64,000 nt of DNA, from the NCBI RefSeq assembly GCF_036321535.1, contig NC_087437.1, forward strand, positions 35,962,001 to 36,026,000. The letters are read 5' to 3'. This stretch comes from Camelus dromedarius. Taxonomy: Eukaryota. The notes under the pieces were generated by a model. The model saw only the letters and a program-made list of their open reading frames with translations, made no database searches and was not told the DNA's origin. This document shows, piece after piece, positions 41,094 through 55,913 of this stretch. Made by a program: the position numbers and the translations under genes. The number at the start of each line of letters is the position of its first letter. The stretch's first letter is position 1.

Positions 41094-42669
41094 TCTTAAA
41101 GGAAAGTGGCAAGGGTTGGCCGGAGAACATAAAGACATAAAAATGTTCTACATTTTAATCACTAATCTCAAATATCCTAACACTTAGACCAGCACCTTCT
41201 GGTTTGTTTTCCACCATAGCTCTATTTCTCATTATCTCTTTCTTTGTCAATAACTTCTTAATCACCTTTTCTCCTTCAGTTCCCATGCCTTTTCATCTAT
41301 TCTTCCCTAACCCATTAAAATTTTCCATCAGCTTCTAAGAATATTCTAGAATAAAAATAAGATTTAGGCATTAATTCATTCCACTGCATAAACCCTTCTT
41401 AGATCCTTATAGTCTTCTGTATAAAATCCCACAAGGACAAAAAATATCAAATAAGACATGACCCTAGCCTAATTGTACAACCTTATCTCTCGCATCTCTA
41501 CCTTTCTACATAAAACTCTTTGCTTCAGGTATAGTGGAATTCAGACAGTTTCCCAACTGTATCCTGTTCCCTCTCGTTTTTGCCCAAGCTGCTCCAAACA
41601 CTCCTTCCTCACTCTGCTCTTCTAACTAATTCTTCTCTAACACCCCCTTAGGTGTTACCTGCATCAACACACCTCTGACCCCCTCAAGACTAATTAGAAG
41701 TCACTGTTCTGAGACCTCAAATCCATAATTCCTTCAAAATCATCTATGTCTCTCTTTTCCAGAGGTGGCCATCCTTGAGAAATGTACATGTATGATTTAG
41801 ACTTTAATAGAGGGGAACCATATCAGTCATTTAATAACCTATAATTTCAGAGTGAAGGAGTTGAGTTTGCGTGGTTTACTTTGCTCTTGAGTGTTTTAGT
41901 TTTTTGTATGTTTTGCTCCTGGGCACAACTGCTTTTTCTTTTTGTCCTTTAGACCTTTGTGGAGTATAGAATTACCCTGCTTCACTTTCTTCATGTTATG
42001 CAGGATTCTTGTCCAGAGAGATCACTGACTTTGTTTAGAAATATCTTGAGATTTTATAATGGTTTCAAGTACTATATGAAGCTGCCTTTTCCACTTCTTC
42101 TTTCACTCCCTCTGAGCCACTTAAAGTTACAACCTGAAAGGAAGAATTGTGACCATCTTTGTTATACCTCTATCATAACCCCAAATAATATGTTATCTGT
42201 GACCCTGGCTGGGAAGTATTCTTTAGCTTTTTTCCTTAGGAGAAAAAGACAGAGGTACTTACTTAGCCTAAGCTGTATATATCTAAGGAAGGATATCAGT
42301 GATGAAGTAAATTTTTTTCTGACAAAATCAACTCAATTTTGAATGCATTTTCCACTTGAAAAAAATTCTGTTTATGGCAATTAGTGTTGATAATAGATCT
42401 GAAGAGCTATGGAATGGAAGCCAATGTTGGAACTGGAGCACATATTCAATTGTAACTCAGTTTTCCATGAGGGGGAAACAGGTGGCTAAAACATTATTAT
42501 AGATTATAACTGATTGTTAAATTTAGGATAGAACTCTATAAAAGTAAGTCCCAAAAAAAGACTAAAAAAATCATTCCGTATTAAAATTTCAAGGCAAAAG
42601 CAATGAAATAAGTACAACTTTTTATCCTGAGGTGGATCTCAGTCCTGAAAAACATCTAAATTTTTTCTT

Positions 42670-43010
42670 TTGCAACAAAGGGGGTTAATGAGACAATTGG
42701 TGAAATTTGCATATAGTCTCTAAATTAGATACTATTATATCACTGAAAATTTTCTGATTTTGATACTTGTATTATGATTGTGTAAAATTTTTAAAGAATA
42801 TATAATTTAAAATATTTAAAGGCAAATGGGCTATGTGGTTGTAACTTAAACATGTTTCAGAAAATTGATACACATGTGTGTATGTTTGTATACAGAGAGA
42901 ATGATTTAAAAATAATGAAAATGTAATATGTTAACATTGGGGAATATGGGAGAAAAGTAGTTATTTTTGCACCCTATCTTTAAGGCTGAAATATTTTAAA
43001 ATAAAATGTT
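42670..43010 (+). mobile_element. L1ME-type 3' end
   Basis: 'gagacaattggtgaaatttgcatatag...tttctgattttgatacttgtattatgattgtgta...gtaacttaaacatgtttcagaaaa...aaaataaaa'. Confidence 0.6.
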
Positions 43011-46000
43011 GAAAATAAGTTGAATATATGAAAGATACAGTTATGGAATGTAAGAGTAAGTCATGGCATTGTTTGAAGTAAATTTAATATTATTTGTTTC
43101 CTGTTAAATACTTGATTCTTTATTTCTTTCAGAGTCATTATTTTATGTTGTTGTTTGTATTTTTAGGAAACTTGTATTCTACTCTTCTAACTCTGAGAAC
43201 AATGCTCTGTCATATCTATCCTATTTTAATATTTATATATCATCTCTGGAAATTAAGGATACTCATTTTTTTTAGTTAACTGTATTAATCTTTTTGGTCA
43301 GAGAACACATCAGAAATCTCCTTCCTTGCCTGTTAAATGAATCTCTGTGTTTTTCTGAGTATGTGGTATGGGGAGGATTGATATTGACTGTCCCACAGAG
43401 GTTAGAACAGAACACTTGAAATACAGCTAAAGTGCAGAGGAACCAAATGATAGATTTTATTTAATCGTAGCAGTGTGAAATGTTGTAAACTGTTCACTGA
43501 AACAGTATGAAATACTTTTCCATTAAGCTGAACTTTATTCTCTCAATAGGAATTTGTTTCATTTTAAATGTTGATTAGCCTGAGATGTGTTGTTGTGTTG
43601 TAGTGCAAGTGTTGACAGTAGACAGTATTTCTAGTATTAAAAATAAACATATCACTGACATAGCTGTTATCAGTGAATAGATTCATTTGGAATAGTGTTT
43701 TCTATGTACAAATATAACACTATGATACGTTTCTGTTTATGAAGATGGTAATAATAGTGATGCCTATGCAAAGTATAATTGGTAGTTAATACTAGTATTG
43801 TTATATTATGACACAAATAGATTTTTTTAGGTTAGGAAATAAATACATATTTTTAAATTTAAAATAAAGACAAATGACATGCAGAATTGAGTGAAGATGC
43901 AGAACATAATACTAGGTTGAGACAGTTAAAAAAAGATAATGAAGTAATCTTGGAAACTTGTTACAACAGAAAGATAATAAAGCTATTTGTAATGTAAAAA
44001 TTCTATAGTAATAAAATGGATGATCTTAAGATATACTTTCAAGTGATACATAATGGACTAGGTATTTTTCTCTCATCAATTAAAAACAAAGAAATTTGTT
44101 GCCTGAAATAAAAACTTTTAAACAAAAATTTTAACAGAATCAGAGCTTGTAACTTTGATCAGCTTTTATTCTTGCACAAAAAAGAAAGTCATTTTTAGAG
44201 GGAGAAATGTTAAAATAATTTTCTTTGAAATTGTGTTAGAAATAATGAGGAACAGACTAAATGTTTCACAAAGTTAAAGATCTTCAATTAGCCACTAAAT
44301 AATTGACTGCAGACTATAAGACTTTTCTAATAATACCGAAGACTGGTTCAGAATTCAAAAACTTGCAAGTACTTTTCTAGCTTTAGATTAACTGTGATAA
44401 AAGAGACACTGCCCAATTAGTATCTTGAGTAGTCTCAAGGACTTCTAAATTTATGAAGGAATGTTATAAATCTGCAGCCTGAAATATGAAATGTGTGGCA
44501 TAGTAATTTTTATGTATTTGATCTGTCAAGGAAGAATTTTAGCTAAATAAAACAAAATTAGTTTCTTTCATGACAGGTGGTACTCTTTCTGTTAGGCCAA
44601 AAATTAGGATTTATTGGAATTTCAAAACAAGAGACTAATGTTCCCCTTCTAGTTTTACTCCACTGTATGCTACATATTGAATATATTTGTGCTCAGTTTC
44701 CTGAAGCAGATGCTTAGAAAAGTGTCATGGATATAGTTATTTAAATCTTTCAGTGTGTATATGCAAATGTTATGAATTATCACCAGTTTATGGAACTGTT
44801 GAGAGATACAGGAAACAATGAATTTAATGATATGATGTTCTTTGTCATTGTGCATTGGTTAAGTCGTGGAAGAGTTTTATCAAGATTTGCTTGTTCTGTT
44901 AATTCCAATTCAAAATTTTCTTGAAGAAAAAGGAATACTTGCCAAATAGTCAACAATCAGGACAAAAATGTCAGTGTAATTTGTTTTCTCACCAATATTA
45001 TTCTGCATAGAAATGAGCTCCAAAGAGAAAGGATTATTTGAGACCTAAAGAGATAATTTGACAAAGTATGTTAAAAAGGAAACTTTCATAGTATAAACCC
45101 AGAATAATGATTTATTTTACTAACATCGATTTATATACAGATTTTAATTTTAAGTGATACAATTATGTAATTATAATTGGCAGCATTGTGTCCACTTTTA
45201 ATATTGGTATATTTAAAGTATTGATTCAATTCAGACATTTTACATTAACATACTTTGAATTCAGTGTTTGTGATACTGAGTTGATATGAGTTAGTGCCAG
45301 AGATGCACTTTAGAAATTGATACACTTTTACTTCAAATCAAATCCATTCTTCTTTAAAAAAAGAAAAAAGAAAAAAAAGATAAACCAGTTTCATCAGTGT
45401 GGATATGAAAACTAGAGGAAAATAATTGTTGGCACTTGAATCAGGGATTAAAAATATGTTTGGAACAACTAGAATATGTAAATCTGTTTTTATAACTAAA
45501 TTTTATGAAATATATCAACAGATCAGAATTTTCAGAAAAATGTAGCATCTGAAATGGATATGATATATATGTAAAATACACATCAGCGGCTTTCTGTAAC
45601 ATAGCATAAAGAAAATCATATAAAATGCCTTAATTTTATACTAATTATATATTGACATGACCATATAAATGACACATGTGGCTCTCATTGTATTTCTAAT
45701 CAATGGCACTTTTCTAGACCATGCTTAAACTAAGAGCATGATACAGCTAATGTACTTTTAAGTGGCTTTCTGGAGACCAAGTAATATTATTTTGAATTAT
45801 TCCTGCCCTACTAAATGGACATGTGGCAATATTGCTACTGGTTTGGTTAATTTACAGAGACCATCTTTATTTCTTGGCCCACTGACCATGAGCACGTGGG
45901 CATGATACTATGAACTTTCCAGTATAACTAGTTTGCTTACTTTACACTGTGTACCTCTAACCTGCCCTACCTGTGTGTGAGTATGGTTATAATGAAAAGT

Positions 46001-47598
46001 TAACATCAATATTCATCTTTGTAAAATGAAAAATACAACTTTAAGAAAACAGCACAAAATAGTTATTTTTGCTTTCTGTTTTTGAAAGAAATTGAGAAAT
46101 CCACATTTACAAAATGAAAAATAACCTGACAATTCTTTATTAATAGTAAGTAAATAAGAATATATTGTTTTAACCATTCATAAGAACAGTATGTGGCATG
46201 TGTAAATGAATGGCGAAAACTATAATAATTAAATTCAAAAGATACATATAGGTGCACATATATGTATATAGAGAGAGACAGACAGACAGAATACCACTGA
46301 GTAAATATTTGCATCAAAAAGTATAGGAAGTAATTGTTATAATTAGGTATTTTTCTATTTAATGGTTCAGTATTACCTTGGTTTTCATAGTATTTGCATA
46401 CACGACTGTCGTAATAGTGATAGTGACTGGCTACAGGCAGGCACAATAGGAAAAAAGTCAAGGAAGCATGTTTCTTTCCCATGGACAGAAGGTTCACTGG
46501 AGGTAGGAACAGAGTGCCACTCTTTATCTGGAGGAAAGTTTTCTAACCTTATATTGTCACAAGAGCACCCTACCTGCTCAGATAGAACTCGAGTGTTAAT
46601 TCTGTTACCTTGTTCAATATACTAATTTTCTCATATATTTAAGCCCATTTATATCTCTGACTCTTCTCAAGTATTTTGGAGACACATGCCTGCTTGACCA
46701 ATGTAAGCTATAATTGGTAATAGCGCCAGAATTTTTAAAGTATTTATTGAATTTATTTACCAGGCAAGATGTGATTTCAGCAAGCACTCTTTTGGTTATT
46801 TGTGCGGTAGAATGGTAAGAAGGAGCTGGTGGCACAGTGTCTAAGTAGCTTTTATTGGATTCAAATACATGATGAGAGGATACACTTCTGTACCCTTAAG
46901 GGAAAACAGCCAATAAGATCACTCATTAGTGGCCTTCCACTTCCGTATACATTTTTAACCTAAGGTCAGTTTCACACTTTTTTGAGAACAATAATAATTG
47001 GTTCGAAGACCTCTAGCATTCAAAGTTAATTAGTATCTCAATGGGTTACTTTTCAAGTAGAAAATAGCCACATATATTTCAAATCCAGAGAATCTAGGCA
47101 AAAGAAAAATCTCTATACTTAATTTCTGACATTGTATGGGGAGAATCTCAAAGTCATTTAATAGATTTTTCTACCAAATACTCTCTAATTACTGTTTCAC
47201 AAAGAGACTATCCCTGACATGATACAAAATTTCATCTGCCAGAAAGTCTCCAAGAGTTGGCAAGCACATTAATAGGAAATATTTTTAAAAATCAATATAT
47301 CAGAAAAGCACCCTAAGTTTGAAATAGAAAATTACTCAAGTTTTGTTACTTTATTCATAAGTTACTAAGAAAAAACTCATGATGTGGGTGTAGACTATTT
47401 TGTTTAGAGAATATGGAAGAAAGTACAGCATAAGTGACTAAAACATCTCTTGTTATTCATAGTAGAGTTGCAATTTTAGACGGCACCTATTACTTACTCT
47501 CTTTGGGAAACATTGTCGTTTAACTGGTGATTATCATTCCAATAAAGTCTTTCCTATTTGGAGTTTAAGGGCTGATGTCTCTTCCAAAAGACTAAGTA

Positions 47599-48013
47599 CA
47601 GATATGTCCTGCTTTTTGAAAATTCACTTTATGACACTTTGCTTTTATAAAAGACCTACATTAGTACCTGTTTTCACTAACTGAAATGGGAAGAGAATAT
47701 TTGCTTTTAGGGCCAAAAAAAAAAAAAAAGAGAAAAAAGCATTCAGCATTTGTTCTGCAGTGAGCCATTAGAGGGGCAGTAGTGACATGGAGGAGCACTC
47801 AGAGTAGCACCAGCAAGCTCCTTCCCCAGGAACTACATTTAATATTTCAGCATCAAAGCTTTGAACTATGTGTAAGTATCTGTGCTTTAGCTTGATTTAT
47901 CTTGTGTATCCTTAGCAAGATGTGTCCTAAGGTAATTGCTTCTTTGCTTTACACTATTTTGGCTTTGATAGTTTTCATAGGAAGACTTTACTTTCATATA
48001 GTGGGGGAATCTG
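47599..48013. mobile_element. TcMar-Tigger non-autonomous element
   Basis: TA-flanked; degenerate TIRs cagatatgtcctgctttttgaaa and tttcatatagtgggggaatctg. Confidence 0.75.
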
Positions 48014-48667
48014 TATTCAGGTGTTAATTGATGCAAGGGTTGGTAGAAGAATATTAAGAAAATGTGCCCATTCATGCTGATAATAAAATTAGATGTGTTG
48101 TATGAATCTTAAGTAGCCTTCTCTCATTAAAATACAATAGAACTTAGAAATAGAGTTGATATTTACAAATGCACAATATGGCCTATTACTAAGGAGAGAC
48201 CTGATGTCCTCCTAACGAAGTTGAAGTCATTGTTTTTAAAGTCAATGAAAACATTTTAAGCCGTATGAGTCTGAGGATCTCTGAGGGCTTTGCTAATTTT
48301 AGTTTTTGAATTTCATTCGTTTATTCTATCTGGCCTGAATATTGGTTGTGCAACAGACAGTGGATCTTTTCAAAAGGTGGTGAGTGTTTATAAGCTATGT
48401 AGTGACAACTGCATGAAAATAGGTGTCTCTGTCACTGCAGAAATAAGTTGGAATTACTCACTATGTTCAGAGCCAGCACTCTTCAGCAAGGAAGAGCTTC
48501 AATCCATCCTGTGATTTTGCAAAACTGGCCAGGACATGGTTTTATAGTTACATGTAACCATGAGGGGCTATTCAAAGAAAATGTGAGGTTTGGGATCTTG
48601 TCCATGTCTCATCTTTATAGTTTTACTAAAATTAGCGGGAGACATGGACCAAAAATATCATCCACAA

Positions 48668-48765
48668 TTTTTTAAATTTATTTTTTAGTTGAAGTATAGT
48701 CAGTTACGAAGTATCAATCTCTGGTGTACAGCACAGTATCCCAGTCATGCACACATATATTCGTT
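48668..48765 (-). mobile_element. Very short L1 3' tail
   Basis: T-tract, then 'gttgaagtatagtcagttac...tctggtgtacagcacagt'. Confidence 0.65.
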
Positions 48766-49129
48766 GACTTTTTTTAATGCACAATGTTGAGTAACCAAGT
48801 TATTCTAGTATCAAATAATCATGTAAGATTTTTACACGTTTCCCTTCAAACTTCTCTAGCACCATTAAGTGGCTATATTGAAAGTGCCAACAATTACACT
48901 TGTGTGATTTGAAAACAGATTTTCCCAATATCTTTCTGATAATAGAGCTAATCACTGGAATTCTCTAATTGCATTTTTGAAACTTTCCAAAAACTTGGTC
49001 TCTTAAGTTATTATGGGGGCATGCATATGAGTGAGGGCTGCTTGCCTGGACATAAAGGTGGGCTTTCCTTTAGTCTCTCTATATATTTATTTTTATATAG
49101 TATTTTGCATACTATAGCCTAATCTTAGA

Positions 49130-50190
49130 ATAATTAAAATAAAAATTTTATTTTCTCCACTTACAGGTCTCTTCAGTACCGCTCATTTTTTCTATAGTTT
49201 CTCTCTAGTATCATACTACCTTTGCCTAAAGAACTTCCTTTAATACATGTTTTGGTGCTAATCAATAGGCAATGAATTCTCCAGTTTTATCTGGAAAAAA
49301 TCACCTTATCTCTTTATTTTTGAATGCTATTATTCAGTAACTGATATGGAATTCTGGGTTGACAAGTATTTATTTCCCCCCAGCACTTTAAAAGGTCCTT
49401 ACACTGTTTTCTAGCTTTCATCGTTTCTGGGAAGGAGTTATCTGTAATTATTTACCCCTGTTGCTCTCTGAAATTGCCTCTAAAACAAATCTGTCTGCCT
49501 TTAGTTTTTCCTCTGTATTTTTTGCTTGTAGGAGTTTGAATATGGTATGTCTAGGCATGAAGTTTTTTGTTAGTTGGTTGGTTTTGAACTCATCCTGTTT
49601 TGTGTTCTTGAGTTCCTTGAAACTATGATTTAGTGTCCATCAATTTGGAAAATTCTCAGTCATTATTTCTAATACTTCTTCTGTCCTATTCCATCTCTAG
49701 TCTCCTTCTGACAAGACATATGTTAGAATATTTTACATACTTTCACAACCTTTTGATAGTCTTTATTAATCTTTTTTTTTCCCCTTGTGTTTCAAAATAA
49801 TGAACTTTTGTTTCCATCAACTTTTGTTCATGTTGATGATTCTTGTGTTTGCTGTACTGAGTCTGCTGATGAGCTCATTGAAAGCATTCTTCATTTCTAT
49901 TACTCTTTCTGTTTTCTTATAATTCCATTTCCCTTTAGTTGCCATCTCTCTGCTGAAATTACTCAACTTATTGTACATATCATTTACCTTTTCCACTAAA
50001 GTCTTTAATGTATTAATCACAATTTTGTTATTTTCACCAAATAATAGTTCATCATTGTACTGTATCTGAGTACAATACGGCAGTTTTCTTTGTTGATGGT
50101 GTTTACCTATTTGTGTTTTCTTGGGTTTTGATGCCTCATAGATTTCAGTTGAAACATGCATATCTTGAGTAGGGCATCAGACTTTGAAGA
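49130..50190 (-). mobile_element. Old L1M ORF1 region
   Basis: 49817-50161 encodes an ORF1 coiled-coil-like peptide (IEMKNAFNELISRL). Confidence 0.7.
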
Positions 50191-50859
50191 CCATATGGCT
50201 TTGGCTTGTTTTTAAAGGTGAGAGTGCCTCATTTTCAGATTTCTACCTTTAAGGGAAAGCTGGCATCACCTACAATCTCCATAGGAAGAATTTCAACACA
50301 AAATTTCTCTAATACTTGACTATTTCCAATAAGATATTTCTAAGTTTAAGAACCTCAGTTTTTGTAAGAGTGTTCTAAAAAATTATGGACCACTTTTCTT
50401 AGCTAATCAACATGTGCAGTTGAATTTGACAAATTCTGACCTCTGGAAAGATTTTGCCTCTGGTAAGGGGTTATACTCTTAGGTCAAATTGAGATAAGTC
50501 ATGCTATATCCTGTCTGATAGTTTCCTGCTATAATTCTTTTACAACCACAATTAAATCTAGATTTTCTATAAATCTCTGTAATAAATATATTTGAAACAT
50601 AAGGAGTTCTCAAAGACTATACAGGTGTGAGTTCCTTCTTCAGATAATGGAAAATTTGTACCTGAATTTAAAGTATTGCAATGATAAATAAAAATTGTGG
50701 GGGAGACAATGAATAGAAAAGCCTATTTGCTGAGAATTTTTTTTAGTTGCTCCTGCTATTGCAAGATGGGTAAGTTTTTGCCCCTGAATCAAGAGGAAGG
50801 CAGTGGTAAGCTACTGATATCTAATGATTTTCATAGAGATGAGTTAGACTTGACCAGAT

Positions 50860-50952
50860 TTATATATATACACATATATGTATTTATAGATATTTGTTTA
50901 TGTATATTTATGTATATACATACACATACATACATGTATTTATATATGTGTG
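50860..50952 (+). repeat. TA/CA-rich microsatellite
   Basis: tatatatatacacatatatgtatt...tatatacatacacatacatacatgtatttatatatgtgtg. Confidence 0.75.
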
Positions 50953-51699
50953 TTAAAGATCACCTCATTTTCAGTACTTGAAAAATTCATTCCTATATTG
51001 GATTTAAATATAACCACAGGGAACTTTGAAGTCTTTAATGTCCTTATTTAGGACTCAAAAAATTTGAGAGGATCCCACAGTAAACATCTGAAGCACAACT
51101 ATTTATTTTTTACTATCTTTATATAAAATGTGACTTAAAGAAAGCAGAGCTGTAAAATATGTAGCCTTAGGTGGTACTAAAGATAAAATAATACTTGATT
51201 CTGCTACCAGTGGAGAGCAAGAAATGACTACATATAGATTTGAGATTCTAAAACAATATATCCTCACTTGCTGGGTTTTTCAACTCTATGTATAGGAGTA
51301 TTACAAGAATTCAAACTACAGTTAACTTTTACTTTATTCAGCTATTGACTGTTGGTTTTAGTCTTAACTTCTAAACTCTGATGAGTTCAGCCCTAATAAT
51401 CTTGGTAGAAAATTTAGTTGTGCCCTCCAAAATAATTTAGATCTAACCAAATGAGAAACTATTGCAACTAAGGCAGTTTTTGAGAAAGGATGAAGTGAGA
51501 AATGCTAAGCTCCTACTCAGACTCCAGTAAGATTTTAAAAGCCTGTGATAGATAATTTTATTTTAAAAAACAATTTGATTTTCAGTGCTATAAATACAAA
51601 AGCTTCTTTGCTTTATGTACTAAATATGTATAATACTAGTTATATAGACTGGTAAGGTGGGATTTGGGATATAGAATATTGAGTTAACCATTTTTTTCT

Positions 51700-53190
51700 G
51701 AAATTGTGTATACAAGTCTCCTTGCTTGTTTTATTTAAAGACAGTTATTCAGATGTGTATATTTGCTTACATGTGTTCTTTATAAATGTATATTGTTTTG
51801 CCATCATGTATTTTTAATTTACATAAATTTGTATATAATATTTTGTATCTTATACATACATGTGAGTGTATAATACTATTCCCTTTTTTAATGAACACTG
51901 TAATTTAAAGTTTCATTTGGGTTGCTACATATATCTTATTATTTACTTCTAATTACTGCATAATAATTTGTGAGGTGCACAGATCACTTTTTGGCTATCC
52001 ACCAACCTAGTTACAGAAACCTAGACTGTCACCTATTCCTCATCACCCCACACAGAGGATGCTGTGGCAAATATCTTTTAATGTATATTCCTTTCTTTAT
52101 TTGAGAATTGCTTGGGCATATAAGCTGCTATGAGCATTATTAGCTCAGAATATATAAAAATACTTAATTTGACCAAATACTAACAGGTACTCTTCAGAAT
52201 GGCTACATCTATTACATTCTCATCAGCAATAAACAAGGGTTTCCATTCACATTACTACTAGCACCTAGTATATCCAACTTCGAATATTTCGCCAACTTAA
52301 TAGACATAAAATATCTCATTATTTTAATTTGCTTTACTCTGATTACCAATGATTTGGAGCATCTCTTCATTTTCGCATTAGCCTTTTGGATTCTCTCTTC
52401 CATGACTAGAATTTTGTGTATAGTATTTGTCCATAGAGTTCTGGTGGAAGTATTACTTTACACTATTGGATTGCAAAAGTCCCTTGTATTTTCTTCAAAT
52501 AATTGCTAGTTTTAGAAACTGCAAATATTTTCCTACAATGTGTGTAAGATCTCTATACTTTGTACATAATGTACCTTACTGAGGGAGATGTTCAGTTTTA
52601 TATAATTATTATCAATTTTTTTCTGTTTGTGTTTAAAATTCTAAGTCCTTCTTTGCCTTTATTTAACAAAACATCCTATTTTTTAAAAATAATATTATAG
52701 AAACATTTATAGTTAGGTTGTTACTTCCTTTATAATTCACCTTTCTGTACAATTAGACTGGAAATTTTAATTCCTTACAGTTTTTCCAGCTCAGTTAATT
52801 ATCTATCCTTTTGCCAACAATTTTAATCACCTTTATCACATATTGTGCATTTGTGTGTGTGTAGGTCTGTTTCTTAGCTGGCTGCTTATTTGTTTTATTG
52901 GCCTGTGTGTCGGTTTTTGTTGATGTAGTCCAGGGAATTCCTCTTTTTACCTGTTATTCTTTTGCTTACATCTTTTGGTCAAGGTTAACTAACATATATG
53001 GACATTGATTTTGCTATTACACTTTAGAATGTGTTGGGTATTTATTTTAAAAAATAAAAATGAAATTTTGATGAGATTATTTTAAGTAGGATTAACCTCT
53101 ATATAATTATAAACCCTAAGTGTTTGGAATGTCCCATTTATTCAGAGCGTTTTCCATGAATTTTATTAGTTTTAAAGTTTTATCCATAGA
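51700..53190 (-). mobile_element. Old L1ME 3' region
   Basis: 52212-52403 peptide KMKRCSKSLVIRVKQIKIMRY is ORF2 C-terminal-like. Confidence 0.7.
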
Positions 53191-53192
53191 TA

Positions 53193-53678
53193 CAGTGTCC
53201 CCTTGACTTACATAGGAGTTACATTCTAAAAAAACTGATGTAATTTGAAAATACTGTAAGCTGAAATGCATTTAATACACCTAACCTGTGGAACATCATG
53301 GCTTATCCTAGCCTACCTTAACGTGTTTAGAACATTTACATTAGCCTGCAGTTGGGCAAAATATTCTAACACAAACCCTACTTTTTAAAAAATATAATGT
53401 TAAATATCTCATGTAATATATTGAATACTGTACTGAAATAGAAAAACAGAATGGTTGTAAGTGTCATGGTTGTTTGCCCTCCTGATCGTGTGTGGCTGAA
53501 TGGGAGCTGGAGCTCATCACTGCTGCTCAGCATCTTGAGAGGGTATTACACCAAATATCACTAGCCCAGGAAAAGATCAGAAGATAGAATTCAAAGTACA
53601 GTTTCTACTTAATGCCTATCACTTTGGCACATGGTATAGTAAAAAATCGTAACTTGAACTATATTAGGAACATGACTG
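53193..53678. mobile_element. TcMar-Tigger element (MER47/Tigger5-like)
   Basis: TA on the left. 'gcatttaatacacctaacc...cctagcctacctta...acattagcctgcagttgggcaaaat' matches my recalled consensus. Confidence 0.75.
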
Positions 53679-53699
53679 CTGAGTAGTAAAGTAGGAGAA

Positions 53700-54660
53700 T
53701 GTTTAGTTTTTAAAAGAAAAAAGTCAAACTTTCTTCGAAAGTGGCTATTTTATTTTCCATTCCCATCAGCAGTGAATGAGAGTTCCTGTTGTTCCACATC
53801 CTTAAAAGCATGAGGTGATGTGGTGTCATCAGTGTTCTGGATTTTGGCCAGTCTAAGTGGTGTGTAGTGATACCTAGTTGTTGTAATTTGCAGTTTCCTA
53901 TAACATAAGATGCTGAACATCTTTTCACACACTTATTTGTCATCTGTATATCTGCTTCGGTGAGATATCTTTTCATTTCTTTTGCCCACTTATTAACTGG
54001 ACAGTTTCTCTTATTGATGAGTTTTAATAATTCTTTGTATATTTTGGATAATAGTCCTTTATCAGTTAGGTCTCTTGCAAATATTTTCTCCAAATCTGTG
54101 TGACTTGCCTTCTCATTCTCTTGACATTGTCTTTTGTAGAGCATAAGTTTTCGATTTTAACAAAGTACAGCTTATCAATTATTTCTTCAATGGATTATTC
54201 CTATATTGTATCTGAAAAGTCATTGCCATACTCAGCCATCTAGGTTTTCTCCTATGTTATCTTTTAGAAATCTTACTGTTTTATATTTTACGTTAGGTCT
54301 ATAATCATTTTGAATTAATTTGCGTGAAGGGTGCAAACTCTGTCTAAATAACCTTTTTTAATGTAGATGTCTGCTTGTTCCAATACCATATGTTGATGAA
54401 CTATTTTTGCTCCATTTTATTGCCTTTGTTCCTATGTCAACAATTGGCTATATTCACATAATCTATTTCTGAGTTCTGTTCCATTGATCTCTTTGTCTAA
54501 TCTCTTGCCAATACCATACTGTCTTGATTACTATAGCTTTACAGTTAAATCTTGAAAATGGTTAATATCAGTCCTATGACTTTGTTCTTTTCCTTTAATA
54601 CTAAGTGGGCTATTCTGGGCCTTTTGACTCTCCATGTAAACTTTAGATCCATTATCAATT
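53700..54660 (-). mobile_element. L1 ORF2 3' fragment
   Basis: Peptide EKIFARDLTDKGLLSKIYKELLKL...KWAKEMKRYLTEADIQMTNKCVKRCS (53710-54144). Confidence 0.9.
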
Positions 54661-54861
54661 ATATGTATTTTATTTACCATATTAAGATAGTTCTTTTATT
54701 TCATGTTTGTTCTTGAGAGTTTTTTTAAACAACCATGTAAATATAGAACTTTAGCAAATATTGATGCATTGATTGCATAATCTCCCTTATATTATTGATG
54801 TGATGAATTACATTAATATCTTTCTCCTGATTTAACTATTGAAACATGGAAGTACTGTGAC

Positions 54862-55913
54862 ACAAAGCTAGTTCTCACTTTGTGTGGTTTAGAGTTGTAC
54901 AAATTTTAGTTTATATGGTTTACTTAAATAACAGCAGTCCTCCAAAAACATGGTTCAAATTTTATTTACCATAGCATATATTAACTGCGAGTTGTTACAT
55001 AAAGTACAAATTTGTTAGCACTTCAGCCCACAAATCACTATAAATAACAGATGTACATCCTAATCAGTGACCAGTCATTTCATGTCTTTCACGTCTGTTG
55101 GTGACTGCTGTTCATTCGCTATGCATCTGTTGTTCAGTTTTCACACACAGACAACAAAGCATGCTTTCTTGCTCCCAGGGATAAACTTACCTGACATTTT
55201 ACAAAATTGGGTAATCAAAAAAGAGAATTCGTCAACCAAAGTGAAAATGTAGCCAGAAGAAGAAGGATGAGGAGAGGGGGATAAGGAGGAGGAGAACGAG
55301 AAGGAAGAGAGGGAGGGGAGAAGGAAAAAAGTGATAATGCTGAAAGTGAAATACAAGTCAAATATAGATGAGGTTTGACAAGAAACAGTTGACCTTGGAC
55401 ATGTTGGCACTGCCACCAATGGAAAGACTTTTGATTTGCAGCCAGAGGAACTTAGTGAAGGTGAACTTACTGACAAAAATGAGGAAAATGGTTGTGATTA
55501 AAAAGGATAAGGTATCCTAGGGGAAATGACATCAGGAATTACCTTCACATTAAAGAAACTCATGGAGATATTTCATGACACTTGAAAGTTCAAAAAATAA
55601 AATGGAGGAAGCTAATCCAAACTTTTGGAAATGAGTATGACAATTCTTCAAAGCTTTGCAGAGAGCTTTCCTTGGTTTTGTAAATTACATGATAATAAGA
55701 GGAAGGCAAGCACTGTTCAAAGTATTCTTAATAAATATTTTACAAAGAAAACATTAATTCTCAATGTTTCTAATGTTTTAAATTATAGTGTGCTAAATAG
55801 GTATTACATTCACTATATTTTTTTCATTTCTCTATGCATTTATAACCAAGTATAAGAAAGTTTTTTGTGTTTAAAAATTTTTACAGATCACAGAGCAAAA
55901 TGAAGACAGCCTG
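54862..55913. mobile_element. TcMar-Tigger internal-deletion element containing a GA-rich expansion (55256-55330)
   Basis: Right end gcaaaatgaagacagcctg followed by TA. Internal 'gccagaggaacttagtgaaggtgaacttactgac' and 'ttcacattaaagaaactc' resemble the Tigger transposase C-terminus. Confidence 0.65.

Noticed and set aside
41932..42342. Acceptor-like polypyrimidine tract followed by a 127-aa ORF
   Set aside because: No strong donor, and the peptide resembles nothing I recognise.
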